Shown here piece by piece: positions 52,621 to 64,000 of a stretch of 64,000 bases of DNA; the stretch's first letter is position 1, and every line of letters starts with the position of its first letter. The stretch comes from Camelus ferus. Lineage: Eukaryota. The translations under genes and the position numbers were made by a program. The notes under the pieces were generated by a model. It had not been told where the DNA came from, did not search any database, and worked only from the letters and a program-made list of their open reading frames with translations. Location of the stretch: positions 50,408,001-50,472,000 of the forward strand of contig NC_045707.1 of NCBI RefSeq assembly GCF_009834535.1, in the 5' to 3' direction.

Positions 52621-54329
52621 AGCGGCAAGGCTGGGGCAAGTCAATTAACCTGAGTAAGCCTCAGGTAACACCTTTACTGTGAGAGCAACACAACATACCT
52701 TGGAGATTTGTCTTGAGGATTAAATTAGAAACAGTGCCTTGGACAGTGCCAACGTATGTCAGGTGCTTAAATGTCAACCTTCTCCTTTGTTCCTCTCAGG
52801 GGAGCTGATTTCACTCCCCTGGGATTTCAGGACTGTGTGCACTTTCACAGCAAAAATGGTCTCTGAGAACCAGAAGGGGAGTTGGAGTGTTGATCTAAGG
52901 AGTTGGCTGGCATGATGACAATGTTGTCCCCTCTGTGGCTTTCAGCAGTGAGGTGTGTGGAATTTAGCTCCCAAAATGACCCCTAGAAAGATGACTATCC
53001 TTTCTGCCACAGGAGGAATTCCCCATCACTCTGAAGGTAATCTCAGAAGCCTTTATAATATGCTTGACAAAAACTATGGAAACACCACAAATATTTGTCT
53101 TTTACATAGCAAACTTGCAGATCCATGTTTTTAAACATATAATATTCATGCAAAAGAAATGCAAAACTGTATCCGAGATGTTTTTAACTCTTAGATATTC
53201 CTGTAAATTCTTGTTGGATTACAAGATCTGTGTGCCCAAGAGAAATCATATTGTCACAGCTTTGCAGATAGTCTGAATCCCTGTGCGAGAAAATTTTAGT
53301 TCTAAGTAATTAAGGGAAGTGCTTATCTGTAACTGGCTTGACTTGGTGAACACACTTATTTTCAAAATAGAATTATTCAAGGTTTAATAAAAATATACAT
53401 TGGGGTGTGTATGTGTGTGTGGTCCTCTATATGGATATATGTGTCTTAAAGAGCAGTAACTTTACAAATGGTAAATAGGAAAAGCAAAATCATTAATTTA
53501 GAGAGAAAGAAAGAGCCATATACAAGAGACCATAAAGAAAACAGAATAATTAAATGCAATTTGATGTGTTATTTTTTAGACGGTCAGAGCAACAGACAAG
53601 GGACTGCTCCCAGGGACACAGCCTTGGAATGTGCTTGAATACACATGCTCCACCTTGAGCACAATGTACTGCACATCTAGTGAATGCAGGACACTGTGTT
53701 CTTTATCTTCTTTAGTAAGGACATCACTTGCCCCCAGTTTACAGATGAGAAGACTGGGGCTTAGGGAGATTAACTAACATGCCCAAAGTCTACAGTTCTT
53801 TTGTGGAAGAGCTGGCATTTTATCAAGGACGTTTTGATTCTTAACCAATATATTCTCTTTTTTTGCCCTAGGGAGAAGAATACAGCTCAGCAGTTACCCT
53901 TCTGGTCTGGAAAAAGGATCCCTCTCGTGGTTATCATCTTTGCTCTTCCTCCATGAAAAATTTGTTCAAGAGAATCCTAGAGGTGGCGAGAGACTTGGAA
54001 GTCTTCTGGCTCAATTCTCTCATGCAATGCAAGGCTTCTTTGTCAGGGAGACTGCCACTCCCTTTAATAAGGACAGATTTGGGGAGTGTACTACTTTACA
54101 AAGCAACCTATCAAATATTTGCAGTTACGATTATGAGGAAATACTTTATACAACTCTTGGAATGACCAGTTCGGCCCAGTAAAGCCTCAAAATCATTTAT
54201 TAGTTGTTTCATTCATTAAGTTGTTCATTTGTTCATTCATTCAAAAATGCTAATTAAGCCAGCCGTTGTCTCATTCAGCTTTGAAATTATAGCCCTAGAT
54301 AGATGTGAATGTGTTACCTCTACTGGAAA

Positions 54330-54810
54330 CCTCACTGGGGCTACTTTATATCAAATCTGCAGGTGATTAAAACTCTTCATCTTTTTACAATAACCATTGC
54401 TTAGTCTGGTCTCTTCCATTCTTTAACCTGCCAGTTAAGCTATTCCCCTGCGCTGCAGCATTGGATATTTCAGTTTTGACTCTTCCGTCAGTTTTCTGAA
54501 TTCTGATTATCATCAAAGAAATCACTCTAATTTTCTGGTATCTGAAAAACTGGTAAGCATGCCTTCTGTGTCTTTGTTTAAATATTCATTAAAACTAGTG
54601 GATAGTAGAGGGCCCAGTTCAGATGCTGAGGCTCCATGCTGGAGATCTCCACATGTTTTGAAATCTGATGCACTACTTAACTGGGGGGAGGGTGAGTTTA
54701 TTCAACAGAAATAAATTCAAATAAGCACTCATAATCCACGTGTCTTAATTTTGCCTAAAACTGTCTATTAGAAGTGATTAAATGTCTTGCTGACATTCCT
54801 CTGAAAAAGA
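54330..54810 (-). mobile_element. L3/CR1 LINE, ORF2 (reverse transcriptase region) remnant
   Basis: ggtatctgaaaaactggtaagcatgccttctgtgtctttgtttaaatattcattaaaac...gggcccagttcagatgctgaggctccatgctggagatctcc resembles antisense L3 around the GVPQGSVLGP and ADD motifs. Confidence 0.65.
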
Positions 54811-54988
54811 GGCTTGACCTTCCGGTGTGATTATCTCAAGGATTCCTTTCTTAGCTATTGAACCCAGCCATTGGCCCTGAGTCAAATTTATAGGGTCAAG
54901 TTCAGTGGCTTAAAAATGCAGCTCAGGAGAGACCCAAGTAGCCCTCATAAAGACAGAAAGGAAGTCAAACTCCCATGACTTAACTTTT

Positions 54989-55342
54989 TTCTTGCTTTTT
55001 AAAAACTGAACTATAGCTGCTGTACAATATTATGTAAGTTACAGGTGTACAATATAGTGATTCACAATTTTTGAAGGTTATTCTCCATTATAGTTATTAT
55101 AAAACATTGGCTACATTCCCTGTGCTGTACAATATATCCTTGTAGCTTATTTTATACCTAGTAGTTTGTACCCCTCACACCCCTCCTCCTATGTAGCTCC
55201 TCCCACCTTCCCTCTCCCTGCTGGTAAACACTATTTTGTTCTCTGTATCTGTGAGACTATTTCCTTTTTGTTAAATTCACTAGTTTGTTGTATTTTTTAG
55301 TTTCTACAAATAAGTATCTCATACAGTATTTGTCTTTCTCTG
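54989..55342 (-). mobile_element. 5'-truncated L1 3' end
   Basis: tacaatattatgtaagttacaggtgtacaatatagtgattcacaattttt...; TSD ccatgacttaactttt (54973-54988) / ccatcactttactttt (55343-55358). Confidence 0.92.
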
Positions 55343-55663
55343 CCATCACTTTACTTTTGATCAGTCTGTTCTGGCTTCAACTGTCCACCATGTTTGGGAT
55401 ATCCCACAAACCATACTTTGGTATAATCTTCTAGAATTGTCCTTGGAATACCTTACTGTCCCCAAGGCAAGGTTTGCCATTTTTTTCCTCCCCCTCCCAT
55501 GCAGCTCCAAGATCCTCAAGTGCTGTTGCCAGTGCTAAAGCAGTCACTGTTGAAATGCCAGTCTCCTAGAGACTAATTCCTCTAGGTCAGAAACTCAGAC
55601 ACATTTTGAAGAGCTCAGTGATGTTTTTATTATTTTATTAGTTCTGTTTTTGAATTTCAAGAA

Positions 55664-56497
55664 GTAAGAATGATCTTTTGGTTCCTGGACCCAATTCCAA
55701 CATGTCTGTATGGAGGCTTCCCCACAACAAGTGATTCTCAGATACCAGGTGGGTGTCCAAGAATTCAACTCAGTTCTGACACTCTCCACTCAAAGATAAC
55801 ATCAGATGCCACAGGTAAAGGGCTCACTCCCACAAGACCACCCTTCACCTCAGACACCAATTGCAAGCCTAAGTTGTTACACGTACTTCTGACCGACTGG
55901 CTATAAATCAAATTGTGACCCCCTCCTTGGATTTGATTAATTTGCTAGAATGGTTCACAGAACTCAGGAAACCCATTTACTCTCTAGATAACCAATTTAT
56001 TACAATGGATATCAAAGAATACAAATCAATAACCAGATGAAGAAATATATGGGGTAAGATCCCAAACAAGGATCTTCTGTCCTTGTGGAGCTTGGAGTCC
56101 AGCATAGTGGCACGTGGAAGTGTTCCAGTTTCCCAATTTGGAAGCTCTTCCATACCCTATCCTTTTGGGTATTTATGGAGGTTTCATTACATAGGCATGG
56201 ATGATTAAGTTATTGGCCATTGGTGATCAATTCAATCTCCAGCCCCTCTCCCATCCCTGGAGATGTAGGGGTGGATGGGGTTGGGACTGAGAGTTTCAAT
56301 CTTGTTGGGTTCAACTTGGTTGGGTCTCCTGGTAATCAGACTCCATCCTTAGGTGGGCCCCCAAGACACCTCATTAATATAACAAAAACATATTTATTGC
56401 TCTCAGCACTTAGGAAATTCCAAGGGTTTTAGGAGTTTTGTGCCAGAACCCGACAAAGACTTGATATATATTTCTTATTATGAATCTCAGTATCACA
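55664..56497 (-). mobile_element. MER21-family LTR
   Basis: gggtgtccaagaattcaactcagttctgacact...tacttctgaccgactggctataaat...gattaatttgctagaatggttcacagaactcagg...ggaaattccaagggttttaggag...tatcaca. Confidence 0.85.
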
Positions 56498-56939
56498 TAT
56501 GATAATATCACATATATTTAAGGGTAATAATTCTGTTCACTTTCTGTAAGTAAGAGAACCTTCCTTTTCTTTAGAAAAGTGCCCCACCCACCAAAGTTCA
56601 TTCGCATTATGAAGATCAGGTCTTGGGGGATCCAATCTGGCTCTTCCTTGTATAGAACATTCCTCATGACCAGTGTATGGACATTTGTTAAGTGGCAAAG
56701 TTATTGGGGGTAAAGTGTCAAAGGTAAAAGTTACTGGGGGAATAACTCTTTGAAGGATCAAAAATCCAAATAAGAACTCATTCTACAGGTGTCCATTTAG
56801 GCCTGATATTTTCCTGTGGTAAATTACTTATTTTGAAGTGATGGGCCCATTTCCCAAAAGGGAATATTTTACTACCTGCTCTTTCCTGGTAGCACTAATT
56901 CTGGCCCCTTCATCAGTTTAGTTGGTCTCTCACTCTACT

Positions 56940-57260
56940 CTTCATCCATTCATTCATTCATTTAAAAAATATTTATTGATCAAAAAATTATGCCAGTTAC
57001 TATTCTGTGTGTTGGGAATACAAAGTTGAATAAGACAGAGAAGGTGCTGACCTCATGGAATTGATTTCCACATGGCCACAAAAATAAACAAGAACTTAGA
57101 GTCTGTGGTAAGCGTTTGTCTGGACAAGGCACAGAGTGCAGTGATAAAGATGAACTGGGGTGAGTGTGGGCTATTTTAGATTAAGTGGTCAAGGAGGACC
57201 TCTATGAGAAAATGAAATTTGACCTGAATTCTAAAGGGTAAACCTAGGAGCAATGTGAAA
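56940..57260 (-). mobile_element. L2 3' end
   Basis: ttcatccattcattcattcatttaaaaaatatttattga...tgttgggaatacaaagttgaataagacag. Confidence 0.8.
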
Positions 57261-58199
57261 ACTCAATCATTTCCATTGAAATTCAGTTTCGTGAACTCTA
57301 AGCTCTTACAAATGAAGGTTACCATGTGAGAAATGTTTACTGGAAAGAGGGGTTGGAAGGCCAAGCCCTGATTCAGCCCCAGCCAACATCCAATATCATT
57401 AAAACGAGGCCACACATCAAGGAGGAGGCTATTATGAGAAACAAATGTTCTAGCGTGCTACTTCAAGAGCCAGGCTCTCAAAACTGGGAATTACACTCAG
57501 TGAGGCTTTTGAAGGCATGTACTGAGGCATATCCAAGAAATTAAGTCCCATTTAAATGGTGCAGTTGCTCCCCAATTATCATGGGGGTCTCTACAGACTA
57601 GTGTGTGTGTGTTTGTTCAACGAACAAAGTTGGACACCGACCATCTAGCTACAGACTAATTTCATTCTTTTTCTCCAAAATAACTTACTGATTTGGCTGG
57701 TAACTGGTTTATTTCTATTTATTTGTGTACATAATGTCCTAAAGACTATTCTTATAGACCTTCTTCAGTTTCCTCCATGCTGGCTGTGTTCCATGTTCAT
57801 GTGGATGCACATGACACAAACACACATGCCTTTCAAAGAAGAGCACTTTCTGGAAAATGTATGCTGGTACCTGTCTACCCTCAATGTGCTTATCTGGTAT
57901 TTTCTCAAATAGGTGACTTGTATTAATGTTTACACAAATGCAAGGCTACTGGATGCTTCCACCTAGGGCATATGGACCCAAAGGAGCCTCAGGTTCTTGA
58001 AGGAGAGAATTTGTGGTGGGTGGTGACCAGAGCTCCTGTTGCTTGGGAATATCTTACATACAGGACAATTTTTCTAAGTAGCTACATGCATAGCTGTCTT
58101 CATGAAGAATGTTCTGCAAATATTCTTTTTTTTCCTTTGCTGCCTTTCACTTTGCAATTTTAAATCTTGCCATTAAAAAATAAGTTTGAGATATATTTT

Positions 58200-58870
58200 T
58201 ATAATACAAATTTCAAGACTTTCCATTTGTATGTATCTAATACAGCATGAAAATCCTTACAAATATCTGACCACATTATTCCCACATTAATCCAATGGTT
58301 CTCTATTGCCTTTGAGATGAAGTTCAAGATGATTAGAGTGGCACAAGTCCGGTCAGTCTGGTCTCTGTCTATGTCTTCAGACTCATCTCCTGAATCCACT
58401 CTCCTCACTCCAGGAAAAGCAGTCACACTACTAAGTATCTGGTACTATGCAAATTGCTTTAAATGCATTTTCTCAACTGGTCTTCACAACAGTTTCTCAA
58501 ATTGCCATGTTATTTTACACCTCTGTGTGTTTGACCTTGGTGTTCCTTTCACCTGGAATTCCCTTCCTTCTTTGGCTGGCAAATTGCTTCTCATCCTTCA
58601 AATCCCAGCTGAAGAATTTCCTCCTCTGAGAAGCCCTCCTTACTTCCCCAGAAGGAGCTAATTGCTTCCTTGGTTCTGCTCTGATTACAACTCATACACT
58701 CAATTCAATTTAATTCTACTCAACTAATGAGCTTTTAGTACATGCCAGGCACTGTCCTAGGCCAGATCATGACATGATGCAAGCCCTGGTCACCACCCTT
58801 AATCAACTGGCAGCCTGGTTGAGTAGATAGACATGACAATGGAATAATACTATGTGTAGTGATAAGTGCT
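58200..58870. mobile_element. Two L2 fragments in opposite orientation (+ about 58200-58690, - about 58715-58870)
   Basis: ccaatggttctctattgcc...gttcctttcacctggaattcccttcc, then catgccaggcactgtcctaggc. Confidence 0.65.
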
Positions 58871-58989
58871 TGAGATTTATTATCATTATGCATAGTATTA
58901 TTTCATCATTAGATGATTGCTGAGTAGAATTAAGTTGAATTCAGTTAAAGACAAAAATTTTGTATTTATCAGCATTCATCAGTTAATAT

Positions 58990-59368
58990 CTGTAGTGGGC
59001 CTCTCAAGAGTTAGTACTAACCTGTATGGATCTTGAGAGGAGGAGCTTATCCAGGATGGACAGAGAGAACCCTAAATGCAACCACATATGTCCTGATAAG
59101 TGGAGAGAGACACACAGAAAAGAGGAGGAAGTCATGTGACTATGGGGGCAGCAAATGGAGTCATGCAGCAACAAGACAAGTGTACCTGGAGTCATCTTAG
59201 AAGCTGAAGGAGGCATGCTCCCCTTAGAGCTTCGGAAGACAGTATGGCCTTGCGCACACCTTAATTTTGAACTTTTGGCCTCCAGAACTGTGAAAGAATA
59301 AATGTCTATTGTTTTAAGTCACCTAGTTTTTGATAATTTGTCAAAGCAGCACTAGGAAGCTAATATAA
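58990..59368 (+). mobile_element. MLT1B-like MaLR LTR
   Basis: ccctaaatgcaaccaca...tggcctccagaactgtgaaagaataaatgtctattgttttaagtcacctagt...gcagcactaggaagctaata. Confidence 0.9.
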
Positions 59369-60729
59369 TATATTCCTGCAATGTGTACACAGGAAACCAC
59401 CATGGGCAGAATAAAATACTTCTGCAAATATCTAATGTTCATTTGGCACAGCTTCTCTTGGGTTTAGCTTTGCAGAATCTTCCCGGGGTTATGTTTTCCC
59501 AGTTGCCATGGAGCCAATTCACTTGTAAAGGCAACTTGGGGCTGGGCCTGAGGAAACAATTGAAGAATTAAATGACTGTACTTGGTCTCCAGGGACAAAA
59601 GGGGATGCCATACCAACTTGTAATTTGGAATATTAATGTTCATTTTTTGTGTGCTTCCTCCTCCCTCTGTTATTATTCTTTCCGCTTCAACCTCTTGGAA
59701 TCTGTCTTTCCCAGTGTAAGTCAGAGTCCATTGTATCATGATGCAGTTTGGTCTGGTTTGGTTGTGTAAGAAAGTAATAGTAACGGCATCTGTTTAGGCA
59801 AACCTATCATCATTTATACGTGAGGCAGGGTGGGGGGAAATCAGAAGACCAAAGGATTAGGCATCATATAGATTAAATTTGGTTGATAAATAAGTTCTGC
59901 AGTGAAGGGTGGGGTGGTATTTGAAATGTGAGAATGTGAGACAGAAGTGGATAGATTTTCAGGATCTGGTTTAGTGGGGTTTAGTAAGCTTTGCGAACTT
60001 CAGAAGATACACAGGAAACACATTATATGAGTCAACCTCTTGGATAGCTTTAGGTGTAAAGAGGTAACTATTCTTCGCGAACAGGGAACTTCAGCAAAAT
60101 AAGGCTGAAAATGGTAAGAAGAAAAACCTAGAAAGTTTCTAGAAATGTTACTTCCGCCAATAACTCAACTGGAAAGAATCCTTATTAGCCTGTGGATATA
60201 AATGTTCATGTTTGTTTTTAAAACTCAAATTACATTGCTTCAAATCCCTCTTAAAAATGTCAAGATTGCTTGCTTTATGTTAGGGCCACTCAAAGGATTC
60301 TCAGTATTTATGGGTACCCAAAGGGGTGCCTCTCAATGGCCCACAAGTTAAGTTGTCCACTGCAGTCATCTCATTGGTCTTTTTAGTTCTTCCTCTTCTG
60401 ATCAGGCTCCCATTTGTCCATATCCTCTGCCCAAGAGGTTGAGTGGAGATGACTTTTAAAACTGCTGTATCTTGATAAGCCAAAATATTTCTATTTATTT
60501 TAAAGACATTTCCAAGTACATCAATACATTCAAATAGCCCCTGGGGGTAAGGTAAGGAAAGCAGGCAAAGAGAGAGTGAGGAAGAAATAAAGATTGCATA
60601 TACGTGCTGTGCCTGGACCCTAGATCTACCAGCCCTAAACGACAGCTGTAATAATTTATTGCAATCATGATGCTACACTCGTATTAATGTGAACTTTTCC
60701 TACCTGAGGAAGAAACTGAGATAATTCTT

Positions 60730-61000
60730 CTTTCTTTCTTTTCCTTCCTTTCTTCATTCTTTTCTTTCCTTCCTTCTTTTTCTTTCATTGATTGTTCTTT
60801 CACACAACAAATTTTCATTGAATATTGACGGGGGAATCGTGAGCTAAGGGCAGGGAATGCAGTGGGTAACAAAACAGGCGCAGTCTTGTCTGTCACAGAG
60901 CCTAGAGTCCAGGGTCATAGAGACCCTTTGTAAACAAAGCACTGCAAAAAATTCATTAAATACAATTTTAAGTAAAATGAAGGAAAAATTTATGGTACTC
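60730..61000 (-). mobile_element. L2 3' end with a pyrimidine-rich tract; resumes at about 62080-62340
   Basis: acaacaaattttcattgaatatt...gggaatgcagtgggtaacaaaacaggc. Confidence 0.65.
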
Positions 61001-61826
61001 TTTTTTGTGTGTTTATGGTAAGAACGTTTAAAATTAATTCTACTCTTTTAAGAGCTTTTTAAGTACACAATACAATGTTGTTGACTATGGGCACAACGTT
61101 GTACAGCTGATCTCTGGAACTTATTCATCCTATGTAACAAATTTGACACACCTTAAACAGCAACTCCCTCATTTTGCTCTCTGTCCCTGGCAACCAATAT
61201 TCCACTCTCTGTTTCTATGAGTTTGACTATTTTAGATACCTCGTATAAATAGAATCACGCAGTTTTGTCCTGTCACTGCCGTATTTCACTTAGCATAATC
61301 TCCTCTGGGTAAAGCCATGTTGTCACATATGATAGGATTTCCTCTTTCTTAATTCCATTGTATGTATATACCATGTTTTCCTTATTCATTCATGTGTCAA
61401 CGGACATTTAGTTTTTTTCCATATCTTAGCTCTTATAAATAATGCTACAAGGAATATGAGAGTGCAGATATCTCTTTGAGATCCTGATTTCAATTATTTG
61501 GATATATACTCAGAAGTGGGATTTCTGGATCATATGGTAGTCCTAATTTTAATTTTTGGAAGAACCATCATACTGTTTTACATAGTGACTGCACTATTTT
61601 ACATTCCCACCAACAGTGTTCAAGCATTCTCTTTTCTCTGCATCCTTGCCAACACTTGTTATCTTTTGTTTTTTGAAAATAGCAGGTGTAAGGTGATATC
61701 TTATCATGGTTTTGATTTGCATTTCCCTTATGATTGGTGATGTTGAGCATTATTTCATATATCTGTCAGCCATTTTTATGTTTTCTTTGGAAAAATGTCT
61801 CTTCAAGCCCTTTGCCCATTTTTCAA
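61000..61826 (-). mobile_element. L1MA9-type 3' end
   Basis: gtacagctgatctctggaacttattcatc...gtgcagatatctctttgagatcctgatttcaatt...tttggaaaaatgtctcttcaag. Confidence 0.9.
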
Positions 61827-61880
61827 TTGTACTCTCAAGTGTATACAACAAAAGGAACAGACCTCATCTAGAAGTGTATG

Positions 61881-62070
61881 TAGTATTACCAGACTGAGAA
61901 AATAAAAATATAGAATAATTCAGTTAAATTTGAATTTCAGATAGACAAGAAATCTTTCAGTATAAGTATGCTTTCTACAGTATCTGAGATATACTTACAC
62001 TAAAATCTAATTTGTTGCTTATCTGAAATTCAAATTTAACTAGTTTTCTAAATTTTATCTGGCAAGTCTA
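61881..62070. mobile_element. MER53 palindromic hAT element
   Basis: cagttaaatttgaatttcagata...agtataagtat // atacttacacta...tatctgaaattcaaatttaacta...ttttatctggcaagtcta; the halves are reverse complements. Confidence 0.88.
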
Positions 62071-62584
62071 TGTGGGTTTGGGAGGGAGTAGTTCAGGAAG
62101 ACTACTTTTAGGAAGTGATGTCTCAACTTAGAACTAAAGGGCAATTGTGGTGTTTTCCAGGTTCAGAGGTGTAGGCAAGGGAATACAGGGCAAGGGCCAG
62201 TCAGACAGACAGAAGAAACAGCACATGTACTGAAGTGGAAAATTTAGAAGGGGGGAAATGGCATTTGCTGATGTTAGAAAAAGAGAAAAAGCCAGAAAGA
62301 TCAGAGATCAGCAGGCTAGGTTAAGAATGTTGGTTGTTAAGTACACTGGGAAGGATATTAGAAACTGGGCTCTAGTCCTGGGGCTACAAGGTCTCCTGGT
62401 GGCCTCTGGCAAGTGAGTTCACCTTTCTGGATCTCCATTTACTCATGGGCCAAGTCAAAATACTGACAAATGAGATAATGAAACACTTATCTTGAAAGGT
62501 CCGCCCAGAAAGAAAACTTAAGGTCATTTAATCTAAAGTCCTCAAAGTACAGATAAAACTGGCATTGACCAAAAACAAAAGTGC

Positions 62585-62800
62585 AAAGGACTTTGGAGTC
62601 AGACCATTTTAGATGCATAGCCTGGCTAGGTCACTTGTCTGCTCTGTGGCCTAGGGTGAGCAAGCCAACCTCTCTCTGAGCCTCCACATTTCTCATGTGC
62701 AGGACGAGATTAACTACATCTTCCTTCCTAAATAGTTGTTGAGATTAATAAGGAAATAAATAGAATGCTCATCACAGAGTCTTGTGCATCGTAGTTACTC
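62585..62800 (+). mobile_element. MIR SINE
   Basis: ggactttggagtcagacc...ctctctgagcctccacatttctcatgtg...gttgttgagattaa. Confidence 0.75.
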
Positions 62801-63659
62801 ACATAAACCTTTTTTGCCCAAATACGTTGGCTGTCTGATCATCATTTTAAAGAATTCTGGAAACACTGATGGGAGTCTGGAAGGTGAAGGAGAAAAGAAG
62901 CAAATGGTTGCCATAGACACACGTTGTGTACATCACAGTTTTTGCCTCTGGCTGTTGCTGCTTTCAGAAACAGTAGATCTGTCAGCTCCGAATGCACAGG
63001 GAAGATATGGATTCAAACTACAGATGCCCTGAGACTCAGGCTATGAAGTGTCAAAAGTTGAAAGGCTCAGTGAGAGAAAGAAAGAAATACTATAAGCCTT
63101 AAAGTTTTCCTCATTCTCCAGGTAACATTTCAAGTGGGGCTTCTAGAGATAATTTGACTCAAATACACTCAAGTAATTAATTAGGCAAACATTAATGAAT
63201 ATCTTTATACAGCTAGTCAGCAGCTTACAATCTACCTAGAGGAAAACAAGCAAATCAATTGAATAGATACATGCTTATTGATGCCCCATGGGGGTGGGCT
63301 TTATTAGTAGGAGTTTTATACTCATTTAGGGAGAAGATGGCTCCAGAGAGACCTTGAAGCATCCCTCAGAACACCGAGAGGAGGCTGTCCCTGATCTCCA
63401 AACATGGCTCTAGCTCCATGTCCTTCCTTCTGCCCAAGGCATACTGCTAGTTAGGGCTGTAGAGCTGGGTTGTAACCTAATTTTCTCAGTTCTCTCAGAC
63501 ACACTGAGAACAAATGGGAAGCACTTGCTGCGGTAGGTTAGTATTTGATGAATGTTGGTTGAATTAAATTGTTTACCTAATGGCTCAGTGCCAAGTAGAT
63601 GGCAAAATATTTAGTGGAATCTTTCATACGATGAAAAAGCAATAGAAGTACTTGCTCAC

Positions 63660-63830
63660 TGAGCTGTTAGTTTTTTCAGCAAAGATGGATGTACGTGAAT
63701 CCATCCATACCCGAGTCTAGTCCATGCTTTTGCAAAGTAACTGGCCATATTAGGAGAGAAGCTGGTGGCGAACAGACACGCTAATCCTCTAACAAAGGTG
63801 ATGCCTGGGACTCTAACTCCAGAATGTAGG
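63660..63830 (-). other. Candidate 171-nt exon of an unknown transcript
   Basis: Minus-strand acceptor tcttctcattctgggttctatttttcag and donor GTGAGC; one open frame, phase 2-2; peptide not recognised. Confidence 0.2.
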
Positions 63831-64000
63831 CTGAAAAATAGAACCCAGAATGAGAAGATGACAAGCATTTACAATCTGGGGTCCTATGGAATGTTTAGTT
63901 TAAATTGACCATGGTTTAATGCCTCTAGACACTTTGGTTTTTTGTGTTCCTCTTTTGGAAGCAAGAAGTAAACTTAAGAAAACCATCTGGCATAAAGGAT

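Overview
A 64 kb stretch of eutherian mammalian DNA, either intergenic or deep intronic. It is AT-rich, CpG-depleted and dominated by interspersed repeats: MIR, L2, L3/CR1, L1, MaLR/ERVL/ERV1 LTRs and hAT DNA transposons. I found no protein-coding gene I can recognise; the ORF track looks like chance or repeat-derived ORFs. Young L1 3' ends of an artiodactyl type, with no Alu, B1/B2, Bov-A/BovB, PRE-1, CHR or Can-SINE that I could see, suggest a camelid (inference). I see no convincing new multi-gene system. The notable structure is small-scale: (1) a perfect 300-bp non-tandem duplication with a scrambled junction (20927-21226 = 22096-22395); (2) a CpG-rich patch with NRF1-like and USF motifs inside an ancient MLT2-type LTR (~32450-32720); (3) four different by-products of L1 retrotransposition, namely a tailless 5' half of tRNA-Gly, a U6-L1 chimera, a poly(A)-only insertion and a twin-primed inverted L1; (4) a fold-back double inverted duplication (~58700-58940). 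Repeat family names come from remembered consensus sequences, not a database search. Repeat boundaries are approximate unless exact coordinates or target-site duplications (TSDs) are quoted.
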